A stretch of 64,000 nt of DNA from Octopus bimaculoides (taxonomy: Eukaryota): NCBI RefSeq assembly GCF_001194135.2, contig NC_068982.1, forward strand, positions 110,028,774-110,092,773. The letters are read 5' to 3'. Made by a program: the position numbers and the translations under genes. Positions 41,124 to 54,149 of this stretch are shown here, piece by piece. Under the pieces are notes generated by a model. The model was not told the DNA's origin. It saw only the letters and a program-made list of their open reading frames with translations, and did no database searches. Each line of letters begins with the position of its first letter. Position 1 is the stretch's first letter.

Positions 41124-41261
41124 TTGCTGTCTTTTAACCTCTAGGTTAGCTTGAAGGTGTTTTAGCAAAGACCATTCTCTATCAGAGAGTACATACTCTC
41201 TGATAGAGGATGGTCATCGCTAAAACACCTTCAAGCTAACCTAGAGGTTAAAAGACAGCAA
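41124..41261. repeat. 138-bp near-perfect palindrome (67-bp arms, 4-nt loop, 3 mismatches)
   Basis: TTGCTGTCTTTTAACC...CAGAGAGT-ACAT-ACTCTCTG...GGTTAAAAGACAGCAA. Confidence 0.95.
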
Positions 41262-42923
41262 CATTGCTTCATTTTAACATAAAACCGTCTATAAACACTA
41301 CTCACATATCACATTATCCCGACACACTTGCATACGCATCACGCCACTGGTAGAATGCCATTCTAAATGCCATTCTCATCACTAATATATTCTGATACAC
41401 GCCCGATATATTACATATACATCTTAACAACTAAATGATATAATTTTTCAGATTTGATCGATAGATATCCATATGTTGTCCATAAATAAAATAATGTGTC
41501 CGATGCAGAGTTCTGCAGAAAAAGTTGATCATTGAACAGTAGCAAAATCATTGAACAGTAGTAAGATGAGATTCCTAGTCTGAAAAATAAAACAATTGCT
41601 TTGTAAATAGTACACTTCCTCATTATATCTCAAACATACATCTTAGATTCTTGATAAAGTAAAAACATCTCAAATTTTATATGTTATCTTTGCTGTGTAT
41701 ATATAAATTACCCTTGATTAAATACATATTAATTCTCTTTAAATAATCACAAGCTAACTGTTATATATATAGCATCTCGGATTTCAGTTATATACTTCAG
41801 ATGAGGCAGCTATTAATCGCTTTTCAATAGTTATAAGTCAATACTTGCTGGAGAAAGGAATATAAAGTATGAAGGGCGAAACCAAATACTAATAAAATTA
41901 AATACCCAAAGATTGGCGCTCTACACTACCCACCAACTTGTCTTTGTAAAGGTTAACATCCCACCAGTCATTGCTAAAAAGTACATTGAGATTCGCCTAC
42001 AATTATATTCAGCATTCCAATATAGAAACAACTTATGTAAATTTTAATATTTAAATAAACACACAACTATGCACAGCACTTAGTATCATCTGAAATATAT
42101 GTTAATCATCTTACTTATGTAAGATGATAAGAACAAAAATGTTTTCAAAACGGTAATGGTACTTTTTCCTAGAGCATTACTAAAGCGAATATCTTCAACT
42201 GGAAACGAAATCCGACTTGCCCACTTTCTTCGTCGAAATTTCATATCTACAGTGACCACATGTGTATATCACTCAGTCAATTCCTGAACTAGTTTCTGTT
42301 CCGACGTTGTTCATCAATCATTATATACGATTCAGCTCTTCTAAAACCGATTCGTGAACTCAACCTCTTTACTGTACATCACCCAGTTAACTCTTGTCCT
42401 CCTCTGACAATTGAATATTTTAAAATCCAACATTCCTTTACTCTATGACTATGTTCTAGCCTTTGTGTTTAAGGTGCTAGACTCATTCACAACTCCAGAT
42501 CTCTGTGAGATTAGATATCATTATGGATATCGAATGACTCAATAGTGATGTCCTCCCTCGCGCCTATCATGCTGAACAGAAGGCTATATATATGATATGA
42601 CTATTTATACATACAGATACGTGTTGCTGTTGCAGATGAAATATTTTATGCAGACAGGCTTTTTGAAAAACTTCTAGAATTTTCCAGCATGCTAACAGAA
42701 TATATAAATTCAATAGATATCATTATATCAAAAGCTACAAACGCTAAACTAATACTACTATGACACTCGACTTTTGAGAAGGCTTTTGTTTAGTGTGACA
42801 TCAATTCACTAAAGAATACACTTAGTAAACATATTCACTAGCAAATAGATTGACTAATGAGTTGGTAAATAGATACTAGCAATCAATAGAGACGGAGATT
42901 GGTAAACAGAGAGAGTGTGTATG

Positions 42924-42924
<1 letters not shown>

Positions 42925-42990
<66 letters not shown>

Positions 42991-43045
42991 CAGCAGCAGC
43001 AACAGTAGCAGCAGCAGCGGTAGTAGTAGAAGAAGAAGAAGAAAA
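42925..43045. repeat. (GTA)n(GCA)n(GAA)n compound trinucleotide repeat
   Basis: Directly visible. Confidence 0.95.
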
Positions 43046-43668
43046 TAATGCTAGAAAGTAAGGATGATTGAGAGAAATACAAAAGGAATTATGAAGGAAA
43101 AGGAAGATCGCGAGAAAATAAAGAAAAGAAGAAAAGGAATGCGAAGAGGAGAAAAGGAAATCTGATAAAACAGGGGAAAAAACAGATAAAACAGATAGGA
43201 AAGGGAAGTTACTACGGAAAGGGGGAAAAACAATGATATAAATATATCACTTTAATATTGTCATTATTTGCTAGACTCGACTTTGCCACTAATCCTTTTG
43301 GTTTTTTTATAAGTAATCTTTTGGATGGATTTCAGCAACAAATAAGTGATGCATTGATGTTAAATTTACTAACTGCATTACCTCCCCTTAGAAGTATTGG
43401 CAGAACATCTAATCAAAAGAAATCCATATTGACGTTATATTTTTCTCCTTCCATTCACTGTTATATAATTATTTCATGTGTAAAATTCTTTGAATGTTTT
43501 TCCTTCGTTTAATTTCTCATACCTACTTCTTATATATGTATTTTCGATTACAAAATGATTTGTAAATCTTATCACTATTTCAATACTAGCTTACACCATA
43601 CTTGTTCTACATTTTCATGTTTTTTCCTCATCGTCTTTGACATTATTCTCCCTTTCTCTCCCTTGCTT

Positions 43669-43719
<51 letters not shown>

Positions 43720-44437
43720 TACCTTCTATCTCTGCCTATTTAACTAATAAATATGCAAATGTATCTTGAGCCTCAAGAGAGTTATCTTTAAGAGTCAGTA
43801 TTTAGTTCAGTTTTCATGGTCCATCTCACCGAGAAAATTTGCTACCTATTATTGACAGCATAGTGAAATGAAGTTCATAGAATTAAATTATATTGCCACC
43901 AACGACACAACGCCGATACCAAATTTGAACTGAAGGCTACTTCACGTCTCTATCTACCTAAAAGTTGTTTGCAAAAAAGCTGCGAATTTCATTGTATTTT
44001 AATTGATTAAAAACTGAGGGCAGCTGAGATGCCAAAGAATTGGGCTATATATTAAATACATAACATTATTAAGGGTTGGTTGCTATAGTCTCGAACGTAA
44101 ATCCTGGTTGGGTCGATTTCATGCTTTAGCTGTCTGCTGGGGTGGGGGATCGATAAAAATGAGTAAAATTTGCACAATGGGATTGGTTCATTTTACTACA
44201 AAATTTGGCCTTGTGCCTAGTTAAAAACTAATCAATATTTCTTAAAGCAAAATGGATCTGCGGATATTTTAGAATTTGTTGACTCATCTACCTTTTTTCT
44301 GAAAGTCCGCTTTTCTCTATCTCTCCTCCTATTGTGTGTTTCTGTGGCTCTTTCTCCTCTTACTTGCTATCTTTCTTACTATATGTATATGTGTGTATAT
44401 GTATGTATGCATGTATGTATGTATACATATATACATA

Positions 44438-44821
44438 TTGTTGGCACTCCGTCGCTTACGACGTCGAGGATTCCAGTTGATCCCATCAACGGAACAGCCT
44501 GCTCGTGAAATTAACGTGAAAGTGACTGAGCACTCCACAGACACGTGTACCCTTAACGTAGTTCTCGGGGATATTCAGCGTGACACAGTGGGACAAGGCT
44601 GACCCTTTGAATTATAGGTACAACAGAAACAGGAAGTAAGAGTGAGAGAAAGTTGTGGTGAAAGAGTACAGCAGGGTTCGCCACCATCCCCTGCCAGAGC
44701 CTCGTGGAGCTTTTAGGTGTTTTCGCTCAATAAATACTCACAACGCCCGATCTGGGAATTGAAACCGCGATCCTATGACCGCGAGTCCGCTGCCCTAACC
44801 ACTGGGCCATTGCGCCTCCAC
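44438..44821 (-). mobile_element. Full-length SINE family A
   Basis: Reverse complement of 3051-3434 at high identity; lies within (TACA)-type microsatellite. Confidence 0.92.
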
Positions 44822-44942
44822 ACATACATACATACATACATACATACATACATGCATACATGCATACATGCAGACACACATACACACAGACACATACATA
44901 CACACAGACACATACATACATACATACATACATACATACATA

Positions 44943-46236
44943 ACAAGGATAGCTAATGAACTTGAGAGATATGAAATAACAGCTGATGCCGATATCTCCT
45001 CAAGGCTTCATCGGTAAAGAAGAACAGAATAAAACAAATGTACCGGTTCACTAAGAATATAGTAAATGGATACTTGGCACGTAAAACACAAACCATAGAA
45101 GGGGATGATTTTGTTAAAAGCTTGGCATGGAGTACCGACAAGTTTATAACATCCCACTTTGAGGGCTACCTCTATGTAATCCAAGTACGAGAAATCCCCA
45201 AGTACCTACAGCATAAAAGGCAGAAAACGTTGACAAATAAAAAAAATTGTAGGCTGCGCAAGACCAAGTCTGGAGACATCAACCACATTATTGTCAACTG
45301 CAAGAGAAAGTATTTCGGATATTGACTTCCCATGAAGACAATATCTGGAATACATTCTCCAGAAGAGTCTGGAACAAGATAACAAAAAAGAAAACACCTA
45401 CAATAAAGTTGACGATATTGAGACTTATTGAGACTCATGGGTATAAAAATACTGGTGGAATTTTAAAATTAAAACAGATATTGCTGTTTGGAACCACAGG
45501 AAAAAAGATGTTCTGTTGTGAAAATCAGCTGCCTTCTGGACACCAATGTTGTTCGAAAAATACAAGAGAAGAATACGTCTATGGACCAATAATAAGGAGT
45601 TTGCAAATCAAGTACCCAAAATTCTTGTGTGAAGGCACATGACTCAGTGGTTAGAGCATCGGGCTCACAATCATGAGGTGCTGAGTTCGATTCCCGGACC
45701 GGTCTGTATGTTGTGTTCTTGAGCAAGACACTTTATTTCACGTTGCTCTAGTTCAATCAGTTGTAGAAACAAGTTGCGACGTCACTGGTTCTAAGTTGTA
45801 TCGGCTTTTGCCTTTCCCTTGGATAACATCGGTGACGTGGAGAGGGGAAGCTGGTATACATGGGTGACTTCTGGTCTTCCATAAACAATCTTGCTCGGAC
45901 TTATATCTAGCAGGTGAACTCTCATGGTCATTCATGACCGAAGTGGAGTCTTTACCTCTACCCAAAATACGCTATCAGCTTCATACCCACTATTATTGGA
46001 GCAACAGGATACATACCAACCCGTCTGGAGCAAAGTATGACTGAACTTAGGTTCTTGTGGGGAGATCGCAAATCCTTAATTCAAAAGCTACAAATAATCA
46101 TCATATCTGGGGCCATAGAAATCTGCAAGACCTTAAGGTTTAAATGATGATGGTTAAATCAAGATGCTTTCCTTCACAATCTTGCTAAGTAGGCTGGTCA
46201 AAATTTATTCTGAATTTAAAAGAGAAAGAGAACAAA
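44943..46236 (+). mobile_element. 5'-truncated RLE-type non-LTR retrotransposon, interrupted by a SINE
   Basis: NGYLARK..SLAWSTDKFITSHFEGYLYVIQ..CRLRK..DINHIIVNC; YGPIIRSLQIKYPK [SINE] YAISFIPTIIGATGYIP..LIQKLQIIIISGAIEICKTL. Collinear with the 29.9-30.3 kb copy. Confidence 0.85.
45623..45958 (+). mobile_element. tRNA-derived SINE family B with 10-bp TSD
   Basis: A-box-like TGACTCAGTGGTTAG, B-box-like GAGTTCGATTCCC. TSD TACCCAAAAT at 45613-45622 and 45959-45968. Confidence 0.9.
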
Positions 46237-46328
46237 TACATGCATGCATACATACATACATACATACATACATACACACACACATACATACATACATACA
46301 CACAAATACATACATACATACATACATA

Positions 46329-46566
46329 TGTAAAACTTTCCAAAAATTTAGCACATAAATACATATGCATGCATCTAGACATAAAAACGCATCCATAAAA
46401 CAAACATACAAATCTGCGCATACACTAACACCAAATACTGCACACACACACATATGCACAAATACCTAGATGATGTTGATAAAAGTTCCAATGAAGGAGC
46501 CTTGAATCTATGTTAGAGTCCGGCTCTTTCTCTATGGACAAGAAATACAGAAATGAAACTGATTGA
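46329..46566 (+). mobile_element. Extremely truncated RLE-type LINE: last codons (CKTFQKF) plus 3' UTR
   Basis: Homologous to the reverse complement of 29555-29810 (e.g. CCTTGAATCTATGTTAGAGTCCGGCTCTTTCTC vs CCTTGGATCTAGGTTAGAAACTGGCTCTTTCTC); (CATA)n on both sides. Confidence 0.8.
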
Positions 46567-46572
46567 CATACA

Positions 46573-46603
<31 letters not shown>

Positions 46604-46811
46604 GTATACAGGCATACACATATGAATGGTTGTGTGCGTGCGATATATTTCTCATACAAATTTTGTAAATTTATCTATCTATCTGTTTATCGTAATCTAT
46701 CTCTCGATCGCCTTATTTTTCTCTGAATTTCTCTCATGCTGCTCGTTTTCTCTTTTTCTTTCCTTCTGAGTCATTCACTATTTTTCTTTACACTCTTATA
46801 CACACACGCGC

Positions 46812-47114
46812 GTGGATGCGCAATGGCCCAGTGGTTAGAGCAGCGGACTCGCGGTCATAGGATCGCGGTTTCGATTCCCAGACCGGGCGTTGTGAGTGTT
46901 TATTGAGCGAAAACCCCTAAAGCTCCACGAGGCTCCGGCAGGGGGTGGTGGCGAACCCTGCTGTACTCTTTCAACACAACTTTCTCTCACTCTTACTTCC
47001 TGTTTCTGTTGTACCTGTAATTCAAAGGGTCAGCCTTGTCACACTGTGTCACGCTGAATATCCCCGAGAACTACGTTAAGGGTACACGTGTCTGTGGAGT
47101 GCTCAGCCACTTGC
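46812..47114 (+). mobile_element. SINE family A, cut by a gap
   Basis: About 94% identical by eye to 3051-3351. Confidence 0.9.
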
Positions 47115-47124
47115 NNNNNNNNNN

Positions 47125-47177
<53 letters not shown>

Positions 47178-47668
47178 AACACGTTTTCTTCCTCTGTCCC
47201 TTCCTCTCAATCTTCACATATTCTCATACTAAATAACGTTGTGCCAATAATTTAATAAATCTACATTTCTGAAGATTGCTAAACTATACTTTATATAAAG
47301 TCAATGACTGACGATGTATAAAATTTCGTATGCACATCAATAATTGTTATAGGTTTAAAATCTTCAGTCAATGTTTGTGATTTAACAACTAGAGGCAGCT
47401 TTAGTATTTAGGACAAGGTTTGACGTATGTGACATAGTGAAATTATTCATGAAATTAGTAGACAAGAACTCCCTCTAACGATGTATTAAATCTTAAACAC
47501 AATGAGCAAGGGAGGTAAATTTGATAATACACGATAACCAAATTTTTGAATAAAGACGATGCAGATGTGATGAACGCAATAGACATGTTTCAGTCTTGTT
47601 AGCTCTCAACAGCGACATTAGAAATCAAAACTCCCTCCTTCCTTCCTTCTCTACCTCCCGCTCTCTCG

Positions 47669-47747
<79 letters not shown>

Positions 47748-47934
47748 TCTCTGTAGTTGGAAGCCCTAGCGTTCGTGTACTTGAAACGCTGGACGTTCCC
47801 TTGTGGTATTTTCTTTCAGTCATGTTCATGATATTCCTAATCAATGCCCTTGTATGTGTATATACGTCTATATATATGTAGGTAGGTAAGTAGGTAGGTA
47901 GGCAGGCAGGCATGCAGGCAGGCATGCAGGCATG

Positions 47935-47978
<44 letters not shown>

Positions 47979-48539
47979 TAGGTAGGTAGGTAGGTAGGTA
48001 GGTAGGTAGGTAGGTAGGTTGAGCGCGAGGACGCAGAAATACCTCTGGCTTATGTCAGTGTGCAGTGAAACCAGCGGGAGTGAGGTACTCCTAGCTGTTG
48101 TTACAGTGCCCTTCTAGAAGTGGAGCACCAACTGTTTCATGCGACCATTGGTCATCTCGCTTCGGTCTGTCACGTCGCACTAATCACAGACACTCAGAGA
48201 GTGGTACACGTGTTATACAAGTGCTTTTTACAATAATCCAATCTACAGATGTTTCATTTGCCATTCCATCAACCGAAAGACCTGAAGCGATGGAAGAGTG
48301 GTGATATGTGCAGACTTAACCAATTGGAAACGCATAGTAAGTTACAACTTTCGTCTGTGACCTGTACTTCAAGCCATGCAGATCTACAACGGGACTAAAT
48401 AAGTCATCTGAAAGGTTATGGACAGAAAGTCAGAAATGCTATTGACAATAAGGAAGCACAGAAAGAGGACAATCATCTGTGAAAATGAAGCAATCACTAT
48501 GTGTATGTGTATGTATGAATATATGTTTGCATGCATGTA

Positions 48540-48587
<48 letters not shown>

Positions 48588-49859
48588 TATGATATTGATG
48601 TGTCTCATGTTGCTATTTTTTATCATTATTTTGAAAGCTAGCATTTCTTGTATTGCGTCATTTCCTATTAGTTTATTAATAACAATTAAGATGTCTATAT
48701 ATTCAACGAATGTTTGTTTTTGTTTTTGTATATACAAATTATAAGGTCACCCCTATTGTAAAAGTGTGTTTCCAATCCGATTTGTGTATAATTTGAATAT
48801 GTAGAAGTTCTGTGTTCTAATAGTGAAAATGTTTCCTAAATTATTGCAACACGAATGCCCTGCTGATAACGAAATCTGTTAATTACATAAATGTATTTTT
48901 ACTTCCGTAAGTATTGTAATGTAAAATTTGTAGATTTTTAGTATTTCGTTTTTAACGCTGTGTTGTTGTTGTTGTTGTTTTTAATTTCTTGTTTTCTGTG
49001 CGAAAAGTATATTCTTAGGTGTATTTAGGGCGGACCTGTAACGCTGGAAAGGGTACTTCCTGTTTTATCGTTATCAGTTTTATTGTTCCTCTTAAATATT
49101 GTGCTTTCCTGGAGTATTTGTAAACGTTTTTGTTTTTTGAAATTTTGTTAGTATTTTGAAAACTTCGTAAAAAAAAAAGCGGAAATGGATCGTATGGATT
49201 GTACAATCCACTTAGTGGAGAATTGTAGCTTCTGATGACATTTTGCACGCGCTGGTAGAAATATTTCTGCCGCTGTTATCCTATTTTCCTCGTATATTAT
49301 ATTCATGTTTAGCTTATCTATATATTTAGCTATTTTTAAAAATAATATGGTGGTGTTTGACGAAAATTTAATTGCTATTTCTAGTGGGTCGAGTGACCGC
49401 ATAGGGATTTAATGATTTGCATAGTGTTGGAAATATTTGAAGATGAACTTTGCAATCTATTTTGCTGTTATAAAATTTCGATCATGACGTGTTGAATAAT
49501 GCCAACCGGATATCGAAGAGCAATAAAAACTTTAATGAATCATAATAAGTAGGGACCTCTGAAGCAGTAATAGCAACGATTATTGCAGTAGTTTATTGCA
49601 GTAGCTATTGATTCTATTAATATCATTATCAGATTATTACTATCAACATCATCAAGATTATTTTTATTTTCATTTATTTCCAATGAAATCAAATTTCAAT
49701 GCATGATCTATGTCAAATGCAATATTACAAACGTATACATATCTCTATAGACTTTATAGCAGTATATGGTTGTCCTGTCTTTATTATTCAGAGTTTTCGT
49801 TCTTTAAAATTTTTAATCGAATAAACACCAACTCAAATGTTCTGCAATGCAGAAAAGAG

Positions 49860-50200
49860 CAAGCGGCCTTGTTTATCTTGTGTATGACAATGACAATACT
49901 AATGCACCAACATCACAACAGCAATCCAACAAGATCAGCAGCTCCTCTCAATCAGAGAGTTGCATGCCATATCAATACAAGCCCACTAGATTCATCGTCT
50001 TCTCTGTATTGTGATTTATCCCCTCCCCAGGGACCAAGGTAGCCGCTGTACCCACGCTTTTCTTCCAAGAGTGTTGCCCTTCTGGAATTGCTCCTTCCTC
50101 ATTCATGCTTTCCATGTGTACATCATCTTACAGGTGTTTAAACTGAACATCAGCAGTATCAACATTACCAATCTGGGATTGTCCTCTTAATTAAACCATT
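49860..50200 (-). mobile_element. Possible ancient RTE-like LINE 3' end
   Basis: Fragmentary motifs across frames (RGQ..FKHL*D, EEKR, C..RSC..VGLL); weak and unverified. Confidence 0.3.
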
Positions 50201-51034
50201 AAAAAAAGACAACCGATGTCAAGACTTAAAAAAAAAGACATCCTTGATAAAATCTGAAATGTGGGTAATGTGTACTGTAGCATTGTGATTGTATGTTTAA
50301 CTCAATCTGTAAAGAAATAAAGCATCTGACGTTTCCATTTTTAGATGCAACGTCCCACTTATTCGCTAACAATTTATTACACAGTCAAATACCACATAAT
50401 CTGATTTTGGCAAAAAACAAACACAAAAGCCAGTTGCTAACAAAGTGACATGATTATTTCGTAGGATTATAAATAGATCTAAACAATAATTTCATAAGTA
50501 TGCACGACGGTGTGTATTGAGGCTCAAGATTCAAATGTAGATTTTTTTTAAATTCTGTTTTTATATACAATTGCATTGATTAGCTGAACCTATCAAGTTA
50601 TCTTTGATGTTCGTTGTAAGCTAACATTAGCTTTTATGACATATTAATTAACTTTTTCGTCACATAATCTGGATAAACAATAGTTATAGTCATGAATGAG
50701 AGCATAAAATTTTCAGCTTCATCATTACGCTTAGATATTTTGCTTTCAGCGACTTTAATGATACACTTTTATGTTATGACTAGCTTAATATCCACAACAG
50801 TTCTTCAATCTGCAACTCTGTGACAGAAATGTATCAATTATCTTGTATTTTGTACTGAATTAATATTGTGTGAATGTCAGTCAAGTATCCTTTAGTCTTA
50901 AAAGACAACCGTTCCGGCAGTTGTCTTTTTAGGAGACATGAGACATTTTACATAAAATAAAACTTTACCGACATTTTGTCTTCATGAAAGATATGACCAA
51001 ACTCATATCTTCTATGCAGGCGTAACACAAACAT

Positions 51035-51126
51035 TTTCTCTTTAAAATGAAGCCCGTAGATTGACAATTTTACTAAGAAATATCTTAGTAAAATTGCCCA
51101 TCTACGGGCTTCATTTTAAAGAGAAA
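51035..51126. repeat. 92-bp near-perfect palindrome (44-bp arms, 4-nt loop, 2 mismatches)
   Basis: TTTCTCTTTAAAATGAAGCCCGTAGA...TACTAAGA-AATA-TCTTAGTA...TCTACGGGCTTCATTTTAAAGAGAAA. Confidence 0.95.
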
Positions 51127-51479
51127 CTTCGGCAAATATAAAATTTATAGTTCGCTGACAAAGTCATAACAAGATTAAAACCATGTCCGGAGATGCCTCC
51201 TGTATTTGCTGAAATACGTAAAATATCAGTAATTAATATTGTTTTTTCTCTTAAGATGATTGCTTTTCCTTGTTAACTTTTTAATGTTCTCTCATAAAAT
51301 GTTTACATTAGTTAGCTATACGTCCTTCTACCAACGGAGCTCAATATTGTCGACCCTACACACTCCTGGGTCAATAAATTAAGTTACAGATATGTACTCG
51401 CATATATCGTTGACCTTGCCACTGCAAAACATCATTATTAACACGCGCGCGCGCGCACATACACAACAAACACTAACAT

Positions 51480-51880
51480 CAACACAAACAATGGCGGCAA
51501 CACCACCACAACCACCATTCCTATGACCTCCCTCCTAATGCTACTAACCGTCACAGACATCACGACCCCATCATCATTGTTAAGATCATCACCACCACTA
51601 ATACCTGCATCCACAATTAACACCATTCATTACCACCATCATTACCACCGCCATCACCACCACCACGTTATCATCATTAATACGAACAATATCAACACTG
51701 ACACTAACATCAACATCATTTTCATGAAGTCGTAGTCAACAATACATATTTTTCTATTATCATCGTCGTCACTGTCGTCATCGTCGTCATCACCATCATC
51801 GTCATCATCATCGTCATCATTATCAGCAGCAGCAGCAGCAGCAACAGCAACCACATTACTAATGTCATCATCATCATCAT

Positions 51881-51912
<32 letters not shown>

Positions 51913-51945
51913 TCATCACCACGACCACCACTATCATCAACGCAG
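51480..51945. repeat. Cryptic trinucleotide region (CAC/CAT/CGT/CAG)n
   Basis: Directly visible. Confidence 0.85.
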
Positions 51946-52056
51946 CGCTAGACAATACTTTTACATCGAACAATATAATGGTAATTTACAGACATTCAAA
52001 GCTCATCTATAAGCTTAGTTTTCGCACGCGCGCACACACACACATACACACACACA

Positions 52057-52101
<45 letters not shown>

Positions 52102-52497
52102 GCATTCACACAACCAACCCATACACTCGCGCGCGCGCGCACACACACATGTGCACACATGTACAGATAATGATACCCGTTTCCTAGTAACGGGTAAGCT
52201 GTCCAAGTCCAACAACATTCAGTATAGTATTTGCTGTTAGAAGGAAGAAATGGAAATCAGATATTCCGACTCAGTCCCAAACGTCCAGAACTAATGTTGT
52301 TTACGGTCACCATTGTCGTCATCATTCACATCAATTCACTAACCGCATCCCACCCACAATGCCCCAAACTGCGATGATAAATAATATTAATAATGTTCCT
52401 TATTTGTCGCCTTAAATACGACAAATGGGTGTGGGGAGTTACCGTCGAGTGTGGTAAGAGTAAAAAATGGAAAACAACAAGCAAAATATTGATATGA

Positions 52498-52602
<105 letters not shown>

Positions 52603-52611
52603 CCTTTCTAC

Positions 52612-52804
52612 TAAAAGCACAAAGCCTAAAATTTTAGGGCAGGGGACTAGTAGATTATATCGGTTTCAGTGTTTCCCTGGTACTTAAATTTTCGACAAAG
52701 GCAAAGTCGACCTCGGCGGAATTTGAACTCAGAACGTAGCGACGGGTGACATGGTGCTAAGCATTTCGCCCGGCGCGCTAACGATTCTGCCAGCTCGCCG
52801 CCTT
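52612..52804 (-). mobile_element. SINE family C
   Basis: Ends ..GCTAACGATTCTGCCAGCTCGCCGCCTT on the plus strand. Confidence 0.85.
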
Positions 52805-52831
52805 GATAATAATAATAATAACAATAACAGC

Positions 52832-52869
<38 letters not shown>

Positions 52870-52904
52870 TGACGATGATTTCAAATTTTGGCACAAGCCA
52901 GCAA

Positions 52905-53090
52905 TTTCTTTCCATCTTAGTTTTATTGGAACTCCTGGAGTCTTGCATGCGTAGCAGGCCTGGTACTGTAGGCTGCAGACTGCAAGCTGCAGACTGCAGG
53001 CTGCAGACTGCAGGCTGCAGGCTGCAGGCAGCAAGCCTGCTATGCATGCACGACTCCAGGAGTTCCAACAAAACCTGAGATAAAAAGAAA
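52905..53090. mobile_element. MITE-like inverted-repeat element with internal 7-bp (RCTGCAG)n array
   Basis: Arms 52914-52959 and 53035-53081 are reverse complements (about 4 mismatches, 1 indel). Confidence 0.7.
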
Positions 53091-53104
53091 TAATAAATAA
53101 TGGC

Positions 53105-53316
53105 TTCAAATTTTTCCACAAGGGCAGCAATTTGGAGAGAGGTGGGGATGAGTCGATTACATTAACCCTGGTATTCAAATGGTACTTATTTTATCGACCC
53201 AGAAAGGATGAAAGGCAAAATCGACTCAACAGAATTCGAACTCCGAACGTAAAACTGACAAAATGCCGCTAAGCATTCTGTCCGGCGTGCTAACGATTCT
53301 ACCAGTTCACCGCTTT
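53105..53316 (-). mobile_element. SINE family C
   Basis: Full head-to-tail match to the other family C copies. Confidence 0.8.
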
Positions 53317-53892
53317 AATAATAATAATCAAATTCTGCCGATGTCCCAGTGTGAGCTTTGCTTTTCATATTTTCCAAGTTAAAAAACTAAAGCACCAGCC
53401 AAGTACTGGAGTCGATGGAAGACAGGTCGGCATAGTAGTTAAAATATCGTTCATGCATTATTTGTACTGCCTTTTACTATCTGAATTCAAATCTTTCTAA
53501 GGTTACCTTTGTTTTTCACCTCTACAGGGTCGGTCAACAAAATAAGGTATCAGACAAGTCTGAAGGCAATTTAGTCGGCCTCGTACATTTTCCGTTAGGA
53601 GGAAGGAATGAAAATCATATGTTTAAACTCAGTTCCAAATTGCTGACCTGGAACCACACTGCAAGCGTGGGCGATGGTTAGGCATCGGATTAAAGATCCT
53701 GTGAGACGTTTCTTCTGGCACTATACGTTCTCAGCTCAAATCACGCCGATATGAAGCATACTTTTCATTCATGGGAGGTTGATAAAATAAAGTACCAGTC
53801 AAATACTGAGATCGATATAATCGATTGTACCCCCACGCACACACAGCCACATACACACACCGAAAATTTGAGACCTTGTTAGAGATTATTGA

Positions 53893-54108
53893 TTTCAAAT
53901 TCTGACACAAGGCCAGCAATTTCGGGGAGGGGGGTAAGTCAATTGCATCGACCCTCAGGGCTTAAATGATACTTACTTTTTATCGACCCCCGAAAGGGAT
54001 GAAAGGCAAAGTCGACCTCGGCGTAATTTGATCTCAGAACGTAACGGCAGACGAAATACCGCTAAGCATTTCGCCCGGTGTGCTAACGATTCTACCAACT
54101 CGCCACCT
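53893..54108 (-). mobile_element. SINE family C
   Basis: Full head-to-tail match. Confidence 0.88.
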
Positions 54109-54149
54109 GGCAACTATGTTAGAAATTATTAATAATAATATACTAATGC

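Noticed and set aside
49225-49270. CTGATGA...GAAATATT hammerhead-like string
   Set aside because: No helix I or helix II complementarity.
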